64,000 nucleotides of DNA from the IMG/VR virus record IMGVR_UViG_3300042884_001120, positions 64,001-128,000 of that record. One strand, given 5' to 3'. A program made the position numbers and the translations under genes. The first letter of the stretch is position 1; each line of letters begins with the position of its first letter. Of the stretch, positions 1-9,067 are shown piece by piece. The notes under the pieces are model-generated. The model ran no database searches and was not told the origin of the DNA. It saw nothing but the letters and a program-made list of their open reading frames with translations. This DNA is from a virus.

Positions 1-362
1 TTAAGGTTCTGTTCAAAGATCTCTTCCAGTCCCAATACGGAAATCAGCCTTTCGTATGCGTTATTATGAATAACCTCTACATTGGCCATTACATAACCAA
101 GATCTTGAAGCGATGGGTGTGGGAGATTTTCCCCTAATTTTGCCCAAAAGGTCTTTACAGCTACTTCTATCTGCCCAATAGCCGATAGGGTGCGAATAAT
201 AATTTCCCTCTCTTGGTCAGAGAGATTTACCTTAAATTGCTGTATATCTGATTTAAAGGAGAATTCTTTATCTGTCCAAAACCCGTTGTGCATTGACTCG
301 ATAAAACTATCTACCCAAGGGTATAAGTTTGGTTTTCTGGAAATCTGTTCTTCAAATATCAT
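1..362 (-). CDS. nrdB: Ribonucleotide reductase class I beta subunit, N-terminal part (truncated by window edge)
   Basis: Not in ORF track. Manual translation from ATG 362: MIFEEQISRKPNLYPW...HNGFWTDKEFSFKSDIQQF...LSAIGQIEVAV...MANVEVIHNNAYERL, showing the FW..E motif and the ExxHxxxY iron/tyrosyl-radical motif. Confidence 0.9.
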   Translation of the reverse strand, partial: MIFEEQISRKPNLYPWVDSFIESMHNGFWTDKEFSFKSDIQQFKVNLSDQEREIIIRTLSAIGQIEVAVKTFWAKLGENLPHPSLQDLGYVMANVEVIHNNAYERLISVLGLEEIFEQNL

Positions 363-467
363 ATTATACTATAGTGTTGTAGTAATATTACAATATATTG
401 GCTAGTATTGAAAATAAAAAATGAAAAACTTAAAATTTTGGGGTAAGATTTAAAAAATTTGATTGTA

Positions 468-785
468 CTATTGCATCTTTCTGCGCTTTTTCCAATCTTT
501 AGAGAATTCTTTCTTTACTGGGTCGTTTTTTTTACCACCCCTTCTTTCGCTCATTTCTTTAGACAAATCCATAATATCTCCCAATGTGCCACCTTTATCT
601 GTTTTTTTAACAAAAGCTTTTGAGTCATGTGGATCTATTTTAGTGTCAAAGGCAAATAATGTTGGAAAATAAACACGATTCCATTCCGTGCCATTCTCAT
701 CTATATAAAACTTTTTATCATTCATTCCAAATGATAATTCTATAGTTTGTCCAGTTTTGGGATGTTCAAAAACGTAATTTGCCAC
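468..785 (-). CDS. FmdB-like small regulatory protein (Cys-less variant)
   Basis: MxxYxF...G...E N-terminus and phage FmdB-like layout; GTG start. Confidence 0.45.
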   Translation of the reverse strand: MANYVFEHPKTGQTIELSFGMNDKKFYIDENGTEWNRVYFPTLFAFDTKIDPHDSKAFVKKTDKGGTLGDIMDLSKEMSERRGGKKNDPVKKEFSKDWKKRRKMQ

Positions 786-789
786 AATT

Positions 790-963
790 TTACTTTTCTT
801 TTCTAATTATATACGCACGTTTGGAAGATCTTACCAGTTGACCATTTGGCATTCTAAAATAAGATGTCCCATCTTTAAACACTATCTGTTGTAAAGATTC
901 TGATGCAGATTTTATTAATTCTATATCTTTATTATTTGAATTGTCAGTATTTTCAGTTGTCAT
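790..963 (-). CDS. Hypothetical protein, 57 aa
   Basis: Manual ORF MTTENTDNS...YFRMPNGQLVRSSKRAYIIRKEK; overlaps the upstream stop (ATGA) and fills the gap to the next gene. Confidence 0.65.
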   Translation of the reverse strand: MTTENTDNSNNKDIELIKSASESLQQIVFKDGTSYFRMPNGQLVRSSKRAYIIRKEK

Positions 964-2048
964 AGCGATTTCATTATTTCTAGTATTGAATCTACCATTT
1001 TTTTATAGGTAAATTTATTTTGAAGTTCTAGACCATCGGTATTTACAGGGTTATTTCTAAACCTTTTCTCAACTTCTTCTAGTCCATTGATAAAGTCGTC
1101 TTCATTCCAGTCGAAGATATTCCCTTGATTAATATCCATGCCCTCTTTAAAGAACATGTTGTCATATACTGGGATTTTTCCAGATGGATTTATTAGAACT
1201 GTATTTTTATCTGTCATCCAGTCTTTATAGGCATGAGCATTTAAACCTACGCAGTGCTTGCCTAGGGCCACGCTCTGAAACTCTGGCAGTCCCCACCCTT
1301 CGCCGCCACTCATAGCAATTGCTATGTCATTATTATTAATAAATTTATTATAAGTTTCATTTGGGCCAATATATGGAATAAAATTTATATTCCAATATTT
1401 TTGTCCATTCAGTGCTTGCGTGATCAGCTGAGATTGCATGTTGGGGTCTAAAAACCTATTAAATATGTTGCAATTTAACATATACCCCTGTTTGTTGCCA
1501 TACTTTTTCACCCAAGAGGTTAGGATTTTCAAGTGACGTTTTCTGCTTGGCTCTAATTTTCCAAACATTCCAAATTGAATTATATCATTATTTTGTTCTT
1601 TTTCTGTTAAATTAAAATGGGTATCGTCAAAAGCTAATGGAATAAATTTAACATTTTCACACCCAGCCCAAAAAAATATATCTACAGAGTAATTACTGGA
1701 TAGTAAAACATTGGAATTATTTTTTACAATGTTTATTTCTGTCTCGGTTGGGGAATCTAGTTCGTAAAAACTAAGAAGAACTTGTTTGTCTGAAAAACTT
1801 TCTAAGCTACCAGATATGTGCCATAGTTTGAATACTGGAACATTTCTATTATGCTTTTTATTAGAAGAAAGAACACTTTTTTGTATCCACTCGAAAAAGT
1901 TAGAATCGTGTTTTTGAGTAGATAAGTCTATCTCTCCAATTGGAAATAGGCAGACTTCCATCCCACGAGAATATATTTCTCGCAGGATGGAAAGACTTAC
2001 TTGCCCTAGAGATGTCGAATTAAGAGGTAGGTGTAGGGCTATCTTCAC
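960..2048 (-). CDS. Glycosyltransferase, GT-B fold (GT4-like)
   Basis: MKIALH...SLGQVS N-terminus, RKRH, SGGEGWGLPEFQSVALGK donor-binding motif. Likely start is GTG 2048, because the track's 2132 start overlaps the upstream gene. Confidence 0.85.
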   Translation of the reverse strand: MKIALHLPLNSTSLGQVSLSILREIYSRGMEVCLFPIGEIDLSTQKHDSNFFEWIQKSVLSSNKKHNRNVPVFKLWHISGSLESFSDKQVLLSFYELDSPTETEINIVKNNSNVLLSSNYSVDIFFWAGCENVKFIPLAFDDTHFNLTEKEQNNDIIQFGMFGKLEPSRKRHLKILTSWVKKYGNKQGYMLNCNIFNRFLDPNMQSQLITQALNGQKYWNINFIPYIGPNETYNKFINNNDIAIAMSGGEGWGLPEFQSVALGKHCVGLNAHAYKDWMTDKNTVLINPSGKIPVYDNMFFKEGMDINQGNIFDWNEDDFINGLEEVEKRFRNNPVNTDGLELQNKFTYKKMVDSILEIMKSL

Positions 2049-2052
2049 AAGA

Positions 2053-2325
2053 TTAGAAAGGAATCTCGTCTGACTTCTCTGGCTTAGCCTGCTTAACAGG
2101 TGCGGAGTTGCTTGTGCCGACTGGGTTATCAAAATAAACCCTATAATCAGGCTGGTTAGAACCCTCTGGCTTATTAGAGTTGCTAAAAATAAGCAACTTG
2201 ATTTCCTGACCGTCCTTGGTCTTTACGCTACCGTTTAGGTAGGTGGTACCACTCTTACTAACGCGCTTCCATAGTGCTCCAGCTTCTTCTAGCTTCGGCT
2301 TGTTTGATGTGTTTGTATTTTCCAT
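2053..2325 (-). CDS. DUF736-like putative ssDNA-binding protein
   Basis: GALW...YLNG...PDYRVY core and an SSB-type acidic tail ending DEIPF. Confidence 0.65.
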   Translation of the reverse strand: MENTNTSNKPKLEEAGALWKRVSKSGTTYLNGSVKTKDGQEIKLLIFSNSNKPEGSNQPDYRVYFDNPVGTSNSAPVKQAKPEKSDEIPF

Positions 2326-2335
2326 AACAATTCAA

Positions 2336-2364
2336 ATTATAATATTAATGTTTCACGATGTCAA
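2336..2364 (-). promoter_or_regulatory. Consensus sigma70 promoter
   Basis: TTGACA (2364-2359), 17 bp spacer, TATAAT (2341-2336), 10 nt before ATG 2325. Confidence 0.85.
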
Positions 2365-2937
2365 TTTTTTTTTCGCTAGATCTATGAATTTGTTGTGCCA
2401 ATTCAGGGCTGTTTGAGGCGTAACGTTAAGAATCTTAGCAACTTCTGCATAATTCAAAATTTTATTTTTATTTGATAAATACCTGTAATAGATAGCATCT
2501 TTAATATTTTTATCTTCAATCTTGTCTAAAAGATCTATAATAGTATTGATAGCTTCTACTTTATTTGAATCTCTTGTTTCGCAGTTGTTCTTATTTAAGA
2601 GAAATTCAATTAAATCTTCTTCGGAGTTTACATATTTTGATATTTTATTTTTTAAGTTCAGACAGAAATATTTAACATTATTTGCCAACCATGTAGAAAA
2701 TTTAGATCCCATATCTGGCTTAAACGATAGAGCTGAAGAGTATATTATCCAATCTTTATTATCACTAAGCTCATTAAACTGGGCAGTAGACGCATTTAAG
2801 ATTTTTTTTCCAATTGAGAAGCATATGCCACTATGCCTAGATATAAGCTCAATTAGACTATCGTTACATGATTTTAACTTTATCTGTTTAACTAGATAAT
2901 TATCATCCACTATTTTTTTAGATTTTGTAGTTTTCAT
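2353..2937 (-). CDS. Phage sigma70-family sigma factor
   Basis: Region 2 (FKPDMGSKFSTWLAN) and region 4 HTH (NYAEVAKILNVTPQTA). Confidence 0.8.
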   Translation of the reverse strand: MKTTKSKKIVDDNYLVKQIKLKSCNDSLIELISRHSGICFSIGKKILNASTAQFNELSDNKDWIIYSSALSFKPDMGSKFSTWLANNVKYFCLNLKNKISKYVNSEEDLIEFLLNKNNCETRDSNKVEAINTIIDLLDKIEDKNIKDAIYYRYLSNKNKILNYAEVAKILNVTPQTALNWHNKFIDLAKKKLTS

Positions 2938-2950
2938 TTAAACTAGATTA

Positions 2951-2979
2951 GTTATAAACCTTTTTATACTTAAAGTCAA
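2951..2979 (-). promoter_or_regulatory. Sigma70-type promoter for sigma factor gene
   Basis: TTGACT, 17 bp spacer, TATAAC on the minus strand. Confidence 0.65.
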
Positions 2980-3019
2980 TTTAATTAGATTTTTTAAATA
3001 TTAAAAATAATAATAATTA

Positions 3020-3096
3020 TATTACGAACGGAGTGAGTAATAAACATTTACGAACAACGTGAGTAAATATTGTATGTGAGCTTGCGAACATGCAAT
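3020..3096 (+). repeat. Three tandem hairpins with internal GA/GA mismatches
   Basis: TATTAC-GA-AC-GGA-GT-GA-GTAATA; ATTTAC-GA-AC-AAC-GT-GA-GTAAAT; ATTGTATGT-GA-GC-TT-GC-GA-ACATGCAAT. Confidence 0.75.
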
Positions 3097-3134
3097 CAAC
3101 GAATATATACCTATATATATATTTTTTTATACCT

Positions 3135-3533
3135 ATGTCAATATTAATTTTAATCTTACTCTGTATTTTATTTTCTTCTATATCGCATTTATGGTTTAAT
3201 ACTGACTTTTTTCCTTTCTACGTTAAGCTATTTAAACCGCTCTGTCCAAAGAAGATTTATTCTTGGTTACTGATACAAGAATATTTTAACCGGCCAGTTA
3301 ATGAGATGAACTACTCTTCTTATATAGAGTATTTATCTGAAAAGAAACAGTTTTCAAAAAATTTCACAATAGTCTTTCTATTGAAGATTTTTTCATGCCA
3401 GTTGTGTTTAGGCATGTGGCTTTCTATTTTTTCAGTACTGTTATCTGGATCTAGTTTACTTTTTATTGGTTTTGCCTTTGTTTTAATTAGGGCCATAGAT
3501 AGTGTGTTAAATTATTTTTTAAAAATTCACTAA
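3135..3533 (+). CDS. Membrane protein, DUF1360-like
   Basis: Hydrophobic segments and a CQLCLGMW (CxxC...W) motif; likely start ATG 3135. Confidence 0.55.
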   Translation: MSILILILLCILFSSISHLWFNTDFFPFYVKLFKPLCPKKIYSWLLIQEYFNRPVNEMNYSSYIEYLSEKKQFSKNFTIVFLLKIFSCQLCLGMWLSIFSVLLSGSSLLFIGFAFVLIRAIDSVLNYFLKIH

Positions 3534-3552
3534 TTCCTATTATCATCTTTTA

Positions 3553-3996
3553 ATGAAAAGAATAGAGTTTTATAAACCACAGAAATCTGGAAATGGCACT
3601 TGTGCAACTTTTGAGAACGTAACTGCAATAGATGACCAGAAGAAAAATGGGTTTTATGTAAACCTATTAAAGCAGCACTCATGGAACGACTCTTCAAAGA
3701 CAGGGTCATTCAAGGAGAATGTAAATATCGCAGAAAAACATAAGAAAATAAAACTAAATGATTTAGAGCTTTGTAATATTCTATATGTTTTAGAGTCAAA
3801 TTCTGAAAAAAAATTCTCAACAGTACATAAAAATGTGGATAAGACCACCCCAATATTCTTCGAGCCATATATCAAAGATGGGGCTTTTATTGGTCACGTA
3901 TTAAAAATAGATGGAGTAGGAATAGCTTTTAATCTTGTAGAGTCAATCAAATTAAGAGAGTATATTAAAGCATCACTGCAAAATCTATATTCCTGA
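3553..3996 (+). CDS. Hypothetical protein (possibly nucleic-acid binding)
   Basis: 147-aa ORF in operon context. Confidence 0.6.
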   Translation: MKRIEFYKPQKSGNGTCATFENVTAIDDQKKNGFYVNLLKQHSWNDSSKTGSFKENVNIAEKHKKIKLNDLELCNILYVLESNSEKKFSTVHKNVDKTTPIFFEPYIKDGAFIGHVLKIDGVGIAFNLVESIKLREYIKASLQNLYS

Positions 3997-3997
3997 T

Positions 3998-5929
3998 ATG
4001 ACAAATAGAAAGAAGAGGGTTCTATTCCTTAGCGATTATGCCGGAGCGTTTACTGGATTCGGTAAAAATACTAAATTATTATTAAAGTATTTATACAAAA
4101 CCAAAAAATACGAAATATGTAATGCCGCACAGGGCTTACCAAAAGATGGCCCACATAATGATAGATTTCCTTGGAAAACAGTTGGAGTGCTCCCAAGCGA
4201 TCCGGCAAAAATTAATCAAATACAAAAAGATCCAAACCTAGGCAGGATGACTGCTTATGGTGACATGGAAATAGAAAATATAGTTAAAGAATTTAAACCA
4301 GACGTAATTTTTTCAGTAAATGATACTTGGGGATCGCATTTTGTGGTAGAGAAAAATTTCTTTAACACAATACCCACGGTATGCTGGAATACTTTTGATT
4401 CGCTCCCCCTACTTCCGGATACTGTAGAAAAAAGTAAAAAAATAAAGCATTATTGGACATGGAGTAACTTTGCTACAAAAGTATTTCATAAATACAATCA
4501 TTCACATGTAAAAAATCAATATCCTCTAGTTAATACAGATAACTTTTACAAGTTACCAGAAAGTAAAATAAAAGAAACTCTATTAAAGCATGGTCTACCA
4601 GAGGACTCATTTATTATTGGTTTTGTATTTAGGAATCAATTAAGAAAACTAATTAATACTCAAATTGAAGCTTACGCGCAATTTAAAAGACTTAATCCAG
4701 AGGTTAAAAATACATTTTTATACACCCATACTCACTATGGGGAAGGTTGGGACATACACAGACTATGTGAACAATACGGCGTAGATAAAAAAGAAATCTT
4801 GTGTACATATATTTGCAAAAGAACAAAAGAATATTTCATATTGCCATATACTGGACAAGACATTGAAAACCCCAAAACAAAAGAAAAAACACTAATAACA
4901 TCTAATTCCGGCTTTGGTATAACTGATGAACAGCTAAATGAAATATATAATATTTTTAGCTTTTACTCGCACCCAGCCACTTCCGGAGCTTGTGAGTTGC
5001 CATGTGTAGAAGCAGCGTTAACAGAAAAAATAATAGCTACTTGCGCTTACTCGTTTGGAGAAGATATCATAGAATTAAACAAGGGCTCAATAGGATACAA
5101 GTTTAGTTTTTATACTGAACATGGTACACAGTTTTTAAAATCCCAACCATCCGCTTCAAACATGTCACAAGTTTTCAAAAAAATATATGACATGAATAAA
5201 GACAAGAAGCGTGGTCTTGAAAAACTCTCAAGAGAGTGGGCGCTGGAAAATTACTCTATAGACGTTAATGGAGAAAAAATAGAAAATTTTATTGATAGCT
5301 TAAAAACACTAGAAGAAAAAGATTTTGACTTCGAAGGTTCGAAAACTAAATCAAATCCTCAAGCTCAAATTATTCATATTGAAGATAATAGGGAATGGAT
5401 AAAACAACTTTACTGCAAGATTCTAGGTAGGGAATCTATTGAAAATAATGACGAAGGCCTGATACATTGGGAAAAGCAATTATCAATTGGCGCACAAAGG
5501 AATGATATAGAAAAATACTTTAGAAATGTAGCCATTAACGAAGAAATTAAAAATAAACCCATTCAGTTATCTGATCTTTTCGATAAAGACGAAGGACTTA
5601 AAAGAGTTCTTCTAGTTCAACCAGAAAGCTTGGGAGATGTTTTCCTTGTTACAGCGCTATTCGAATCCTTGAGAAAAAGATACCCTCAAGATACTTATAA
5701 AATCTACATAGCAACAAAGCCAGAATATAGAGACATCATAGACGGCAACCCATTTATTGATAAGTGGATACCATACCATGAAATAATGGACTCGGCACTA
5801 GCAATGGAGGGCAGAGGAGAAGATAAGGGTTATTGTGATATTGTTTACCATCCATATTTTTCAACTCAAAGATTGTTAGATTATACACACAATGGTATTG
5901 ATAAAATTGATTTAGATATACATAATTAA
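3998..5929 (+). CDS. Multidomain glycosyltransferase: GT4-like + DUF4214-like + GT9 N-terminal domain
   Basis: RVLFLSD...TGFG, RNQLRK, GACELPCVEA (GT4); WIKQLYCKILGR...DEGLIHW (DUF4214-like); RVLLVQPESLGDVFLVTALFESLRKRYP...NPFID (GT9 N-domain). Confidence 0.85.
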   Translation: MTNRKKRVLFLSDYAGAFTGFGKNTKLLLKYLYKTKKYEICNAAQGLPKDGPHNDRFPWKTVGVLPSDPAKINQIQKDPNLGRMTAYGDMEIENIVKEFKPDVIFSVNDTWGSHFVVEKNFFNTIPTVCWNTFDSLPLLPDTVEKSKKIKHYWTWSNFATKVFHKYNHSHVKNQYPLVNTDNFYKLPESKIKETLLKHGLPEDSFIIGFVFRNQLRKLINTQIEAYAQFKRLNPEVKNTFLYTHTHYGEGWDIHRLCEQYGVDKKEILCTYICKRTKEYFILPYTGQDIENPKTKEKTLITSNSGFGITDEQLNEIYNIFSFYSHPATSGACELPCVEAALTEKIIATCAYSFGEDIIELNKGSIGYKFSFYTEHGTQFLKSQPSASNMSQVFKKIYDMNKDKKRGLEKLSREWALENYSIDVNGEKIENFIDSLKTLEEKDFDFEGSKTKSNPQAQIIHIEDNREWIKQLYCKILGRESIENNDEGLIHWEKQLSIGAQRNDIEKYFRNVAINEEIKNKPIQLSDLFDKDEGLKRVLLVQPESLGDVFLVTALFESLRKRYPQDTYKIYIATKPEYRDIIDGNPFIDKWIPYHEIMDSALAMEGRGEDKGYCDIVYHPYFSTQRLLDYTHNGIDKIDLDIHN

Positions 5930-5954
5930 TATCAATAAAAATGGAGGAATTATT

Positions 5955-7133
5955 TTGCACCTACTAGAAACATACGCCCTATCTACAGCAAGCAAGATAG
6001 GAAAGCCATATATACTTAAAAAATATTTTCCAATAGATGCGGAAAAATATATAACTATTCAAAATAGTAGCGGAATGCCCGGCAAATGTTATGATTTTTT
6101 TGAAGAAGTTGTTAAATTTTTAAAACCGTTACTGGATAGTAACAATTATAAAATAGTACAAATAGGAGACGAAAAAGATAGAAAAATATCCGAAGCCTTA
6201 GATTTAACTGGTAAAACTAATATAAATCAAACTGCACACGTAATATCAAGATCCTTACTTCATTTGGGTAATGATAGTTTCGCGGTTCATATGGCCAGTG
6301 CATTTGATGTCCCAACAGTTGCTCTTTATGGAATAACAACTCCAGAAATAGCTGGGCCATACTGGTCGAATAAAAAGATTAATTTATACTCAAATAAATT
6401 CAAGCCAAGCTTTAATCCAAATGAGTCTCCCAAAACTGTTAATAATATAAAAATAGAAGAAGTCGTTACCGCATGTGAACAACTACTATTTGGTAAAAAA
6501 TCTATAAATATAACCACTAATTATATTGGTTCTAGATATAATGATAGAATCATAGAAAGCATACCAAATCAAGTTATAAACAAAGAATTCTTTAAAGATA
6601 CTATCTTAAATCTAAGGTTTGACTATTTGGATGATGTAAGTGACCTTTCTAGTACTTTTTATAATTTATCGCAAAGAAGGTGTGCCATTGTTACTGATAA
6701 GGCCATAAATATAGAAAATTTAGAAAATGTAAAACAAAATATCGAAATAGTAATATACGATGTTAGTAAAGATGTTGATATTAGTTTTATAAAAAAACTA
6801 GAGAAGTTTGGCATAAATTATGTCTGTACAGTTGATAAAAGTTCTGTAAATGAGGATGTTATAGAAACAAGAAAATTTGAATTAATGGATTTTTGTAATA
6901 TTAATTTATATTTTTCTACTCCTGAAAACTTACCGTTAGAAATTAAAAATGAAACCCTATTTAAATCTAATAGAATTATTTTAAGCAATGGTAAAATCTA
7001 CAATAGTAGAAGTGCCCAGCTTAGCGATATACCGATTGTCGCGCCGAATGCGCCAATAAAATACTCTGATATTAAAGATAAAAAAGAGTTTTTAAAAGAT
7101 ATTGATTACTGTTTCTTATATACTGAAAATTAA
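5955..7133 (+). CDS. GT9 (heptosyltransferase-like) C-terminal domain fused to unknown domain
   Basis: IVQIG...DLTGKTNINQTAHVI...HLGNDSFAVHMASAFDVPTVALYG.T.P...GP motif; TTG start. Confidence 0.85.
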   Translation: MHLLETYALSTASKIGKPYILKKYFPIDAEKYITIQNSSGMPGKCYDFFEEVVKFLKPLLDSNNYKIVQIGDEKDRKISEALDLTGKTNINQTAHVISRSLLHLGNDSFAVHMASAFDVPTVALYGITTPEIAGPYWSNKKINLYSNKFKPSFNPNESPKTVNNIKIEEVVTACEQLLFGKKSINITTNYIGSRYNDRIIESIPNQVINKEFFKDTILNLRFDYLDDVSDLSSTFYNLSQRRCAIVTDKAINIENLENVKQNIEIVIYDVSKDVDISFIKKLEKFGINYVCTVDKSSVNEDVIETRKFELMDFCNINLYFSTPENLPLEIKNETLFKSNRIILSNGKIYNSRSAQLSDIPIVAPNAPIKYSDIKDKKEFLKDIDYCFLYTEN

Positions 7134-7135
7134 AC

Positions 7136-7164
7136 TTGACTTATTTAGAAATTTTTCAGAAAAT
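7136..7164 (+). promoter_or_regulatory. Sigma70-type promoter, leaderless geometry
   Basis: TTGACT, 17 bp spacer, GAAAAT, then 6 nt to ATG 7171. Confidence 0.55.
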
Positions 7165-7170
7165 ATGTAA

Positions 7171-7992
7171 ATGGCAAGACAAAAGTTATCAAATACAGAA
7201 TCAATAGAAAAAGATTCCCCCCTCAATGTAGAGCTAGAAGCTCCTACACCTACTCGTTACCTAGACAAGGTAGACGGATTTTCTAGAGATAAAAATGGAT
7301 TTATACAATCTATAGAGTATGGGTTTAATCCAGATAATACAATTAATTGGCGTGGAATGATTAAGCCTGAACATCTAGTTCCTAACAGGGATTCCTTTAA
7401 AAATTCTCCAGACATAAATCTAAAGGAAATAGACGTATCAACACTTCCAGACAACAAGCTCCTGATTTTACTTGCTGGTATTAAAGAACTGGCGCAAATT
7501 CGTGGTTATGAAAACGTAGAATATGAGGTAATAGAGGCTCGTCCGGATTACGTTGCGGTAAAATGCACGATTAACTGGATAGGCAATTATGAAACCAGAA
7601 ATTCAAAAGTCAGTTTTTCTGCACTAGCGGATGCCCATTGGGATAATACACATAATTTTGCAAAAAACTTTTTAATGGCAATTGCTGAAAATAGAGCATT
7701 TGTTCGTGCTGTTAGAAATTTCTTAAAAATTAATATTGTTGGAAGTGACGAAATGGGTGGTAAGAATTCCCCAGTTTCGAATACTGAATACGAGCCATCT
7801 ACAGGCCCAGACCCAGTATCACTTTTGCAAAAAACAATGAATGATTATAATATATCATTCGATAAAATCAAAGATGGGGCAATAAAAAAGGGTATAGAAG
7901 GCGCAGAAACATGGTCATCCTGTGATGATATTCCCCCATTATCTATATTTACTATAGTTAGCGGAATAAAAAGTAAAAATAAGTTATCTTAA
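7171..7992 (+). CDS. Putative single-strand annealing protein (Rad52/Sak-like)
   Basis: MAIAENRAFVRAVRNFLKINIVGSDE helix motif typical of phage SSAPs. Confidence 0.55.
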   Translation: MARQKLSNTESIEKDSPLNVELEAPTPTRYLDKVDGFSRDKNGFIQSIEYGFNPDNTINWRGMIKPEHLVPNRDSFKNSPDINLKEIDVSTLPDNKLLILLAGIKELAQIRGYENVEYEVIEARPDYVAVKCTINWIGNYETRNSKVSFSALADAHWDNTHNFAKNFLMAIAENRAFVRAVRNFLKINIVGSDEMGGKNSPVSNTEYEPSTGPDPVSLLQKTMNDYNISFDKIKDGAIKKGIEGAETWSSCDDIPPLSIFTIVSGIKSKNKLS

Positions 7993-8207
7993 TGAAATCC
8001 ACCGGAATTATTGTTCAGAACACTAATCCTACAAGTCAATTAGGAATATCTAAATTCGAAACTTGTTCATTTAGAACAGATAATAAAATTATTAAAAAAT
8101 CTTGCTGTTCAACAAATAATGTTTCTGGCTATAAGTGTAATTTAAGAAATATTTTTCCACTTTCGTATATACAGCATTGCGAAAAATGCGATAAGTATCA
8201 GCCTTAA
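7992..8207 (+). CDS. Small Cys-rich hypothetical protein
   Basis: 71 aa with 6 Cys; TAATG overlap with the upstream gene. Confidence 0.55.
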   Translation: MKSTGIIVQNTNPTSQLGISKFETCSFRTDNKIIKKSCCSTNNVSGYKCNLRNIFPLSYIQHCEKCDKYQP

Positions 8208-9067
8208 ATTAGCTTACCACCAAATCTTTGACCAAGAGTAGATACAGTGCTTTCACAATCTTTTTTACATGTTTCATTAAACCTACTTTCGTCTCCCCCA
8301 TCCCAATAAAATCTATCACAACATCTTGTTCCTATTTCTATAGAGCCATCAACAGAAACCAAAGTTGGCGTATTTCGCGAGAAACTTGAACCATAAAATG
8401 GTATTACCCCATAAGTTGAAAACTTGACGCCACCTAATACATTTATATTTCCCGCATATCCTGCGATTTTAGACGACATAGATAAGGATGAAGATTGTAA
8501 TAAAATAAATATTTTAGGCCAATATAATCTTTTGGCAAAAACTATATCAGACATATCTATTTTTATATAGCCACTTGCACCAACGAATGTATGAATTGGA
8601 CCAGCTGAGCATAAGACTCCTTCATTAACCCTTACAATTGAACTAGTTAGAATATTTGGAGATATAGATTTATCAATCTCTACTGTTTTTTGTGTAACAC
8701 CATTTATAACACCTTCTCTTTCTTTTCTTATTTTTTTTCTATAAGTATTTATAATTTTCGTATAGCCATTTAAATTAGCGTTATTACCAGACCCTCCAAG
8801 ATTTATATTAGCTAAACCAGCATTTGCGCCAATTATACCCCCCGTGTTCCCACCTCCTTCTATAAACTGAGTGAACGGATCATCACCACCAATAGACGAA
8901 GAACCAATACGTACTCTATAACTTCTAACGGTCCAATATAATTTTACCATCTCTCCCAATGTTAAACCAATTGGCCTATCGCTACCAGATCCAGTCAAAT
9001 AATTTCTTTCTGGTAACTCGTCAGGATTATATGGCAAATGGCCTAAAAAATTTACATTAAAGCTCAT
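8204..9067 (-). CDS. Putative tail-associated protein
   Basis: Last gene of the late operon; Cys-rich C-terminus. Confidence 0.55.
   Translation of the reverse strand: MSFNVNFLGHLPYNPDELPERNYLTGSGSDRPIGLTLGEMVKLYWTVRSYRVRIGSSSIGGDDPFTQFIEGGGNTGGIIGANAGLANINLGGSGNNANLNGYTKIINTYRKKIRKEREGVINGVTQKTVEIDKSISPNILTSSIVRVNEGVLCSAGPIHTFVGASGYIKIDMSDIVFAKRLYWPKIFILLQSSSLSMSSKIAGYAGNINVLGGVKFSTYGVIPFYGSSFSRNTPTLVSVDGSIEIGTRCCDRFYWDGGDESRFNETCKKDCESTVSTLGQRFGGKLI

Noticed and set aside
190-672. Plus-strand ORFs 190..405 and 463..672
   Set aside because: Antisense to nrdB and the FmdB-like gene.
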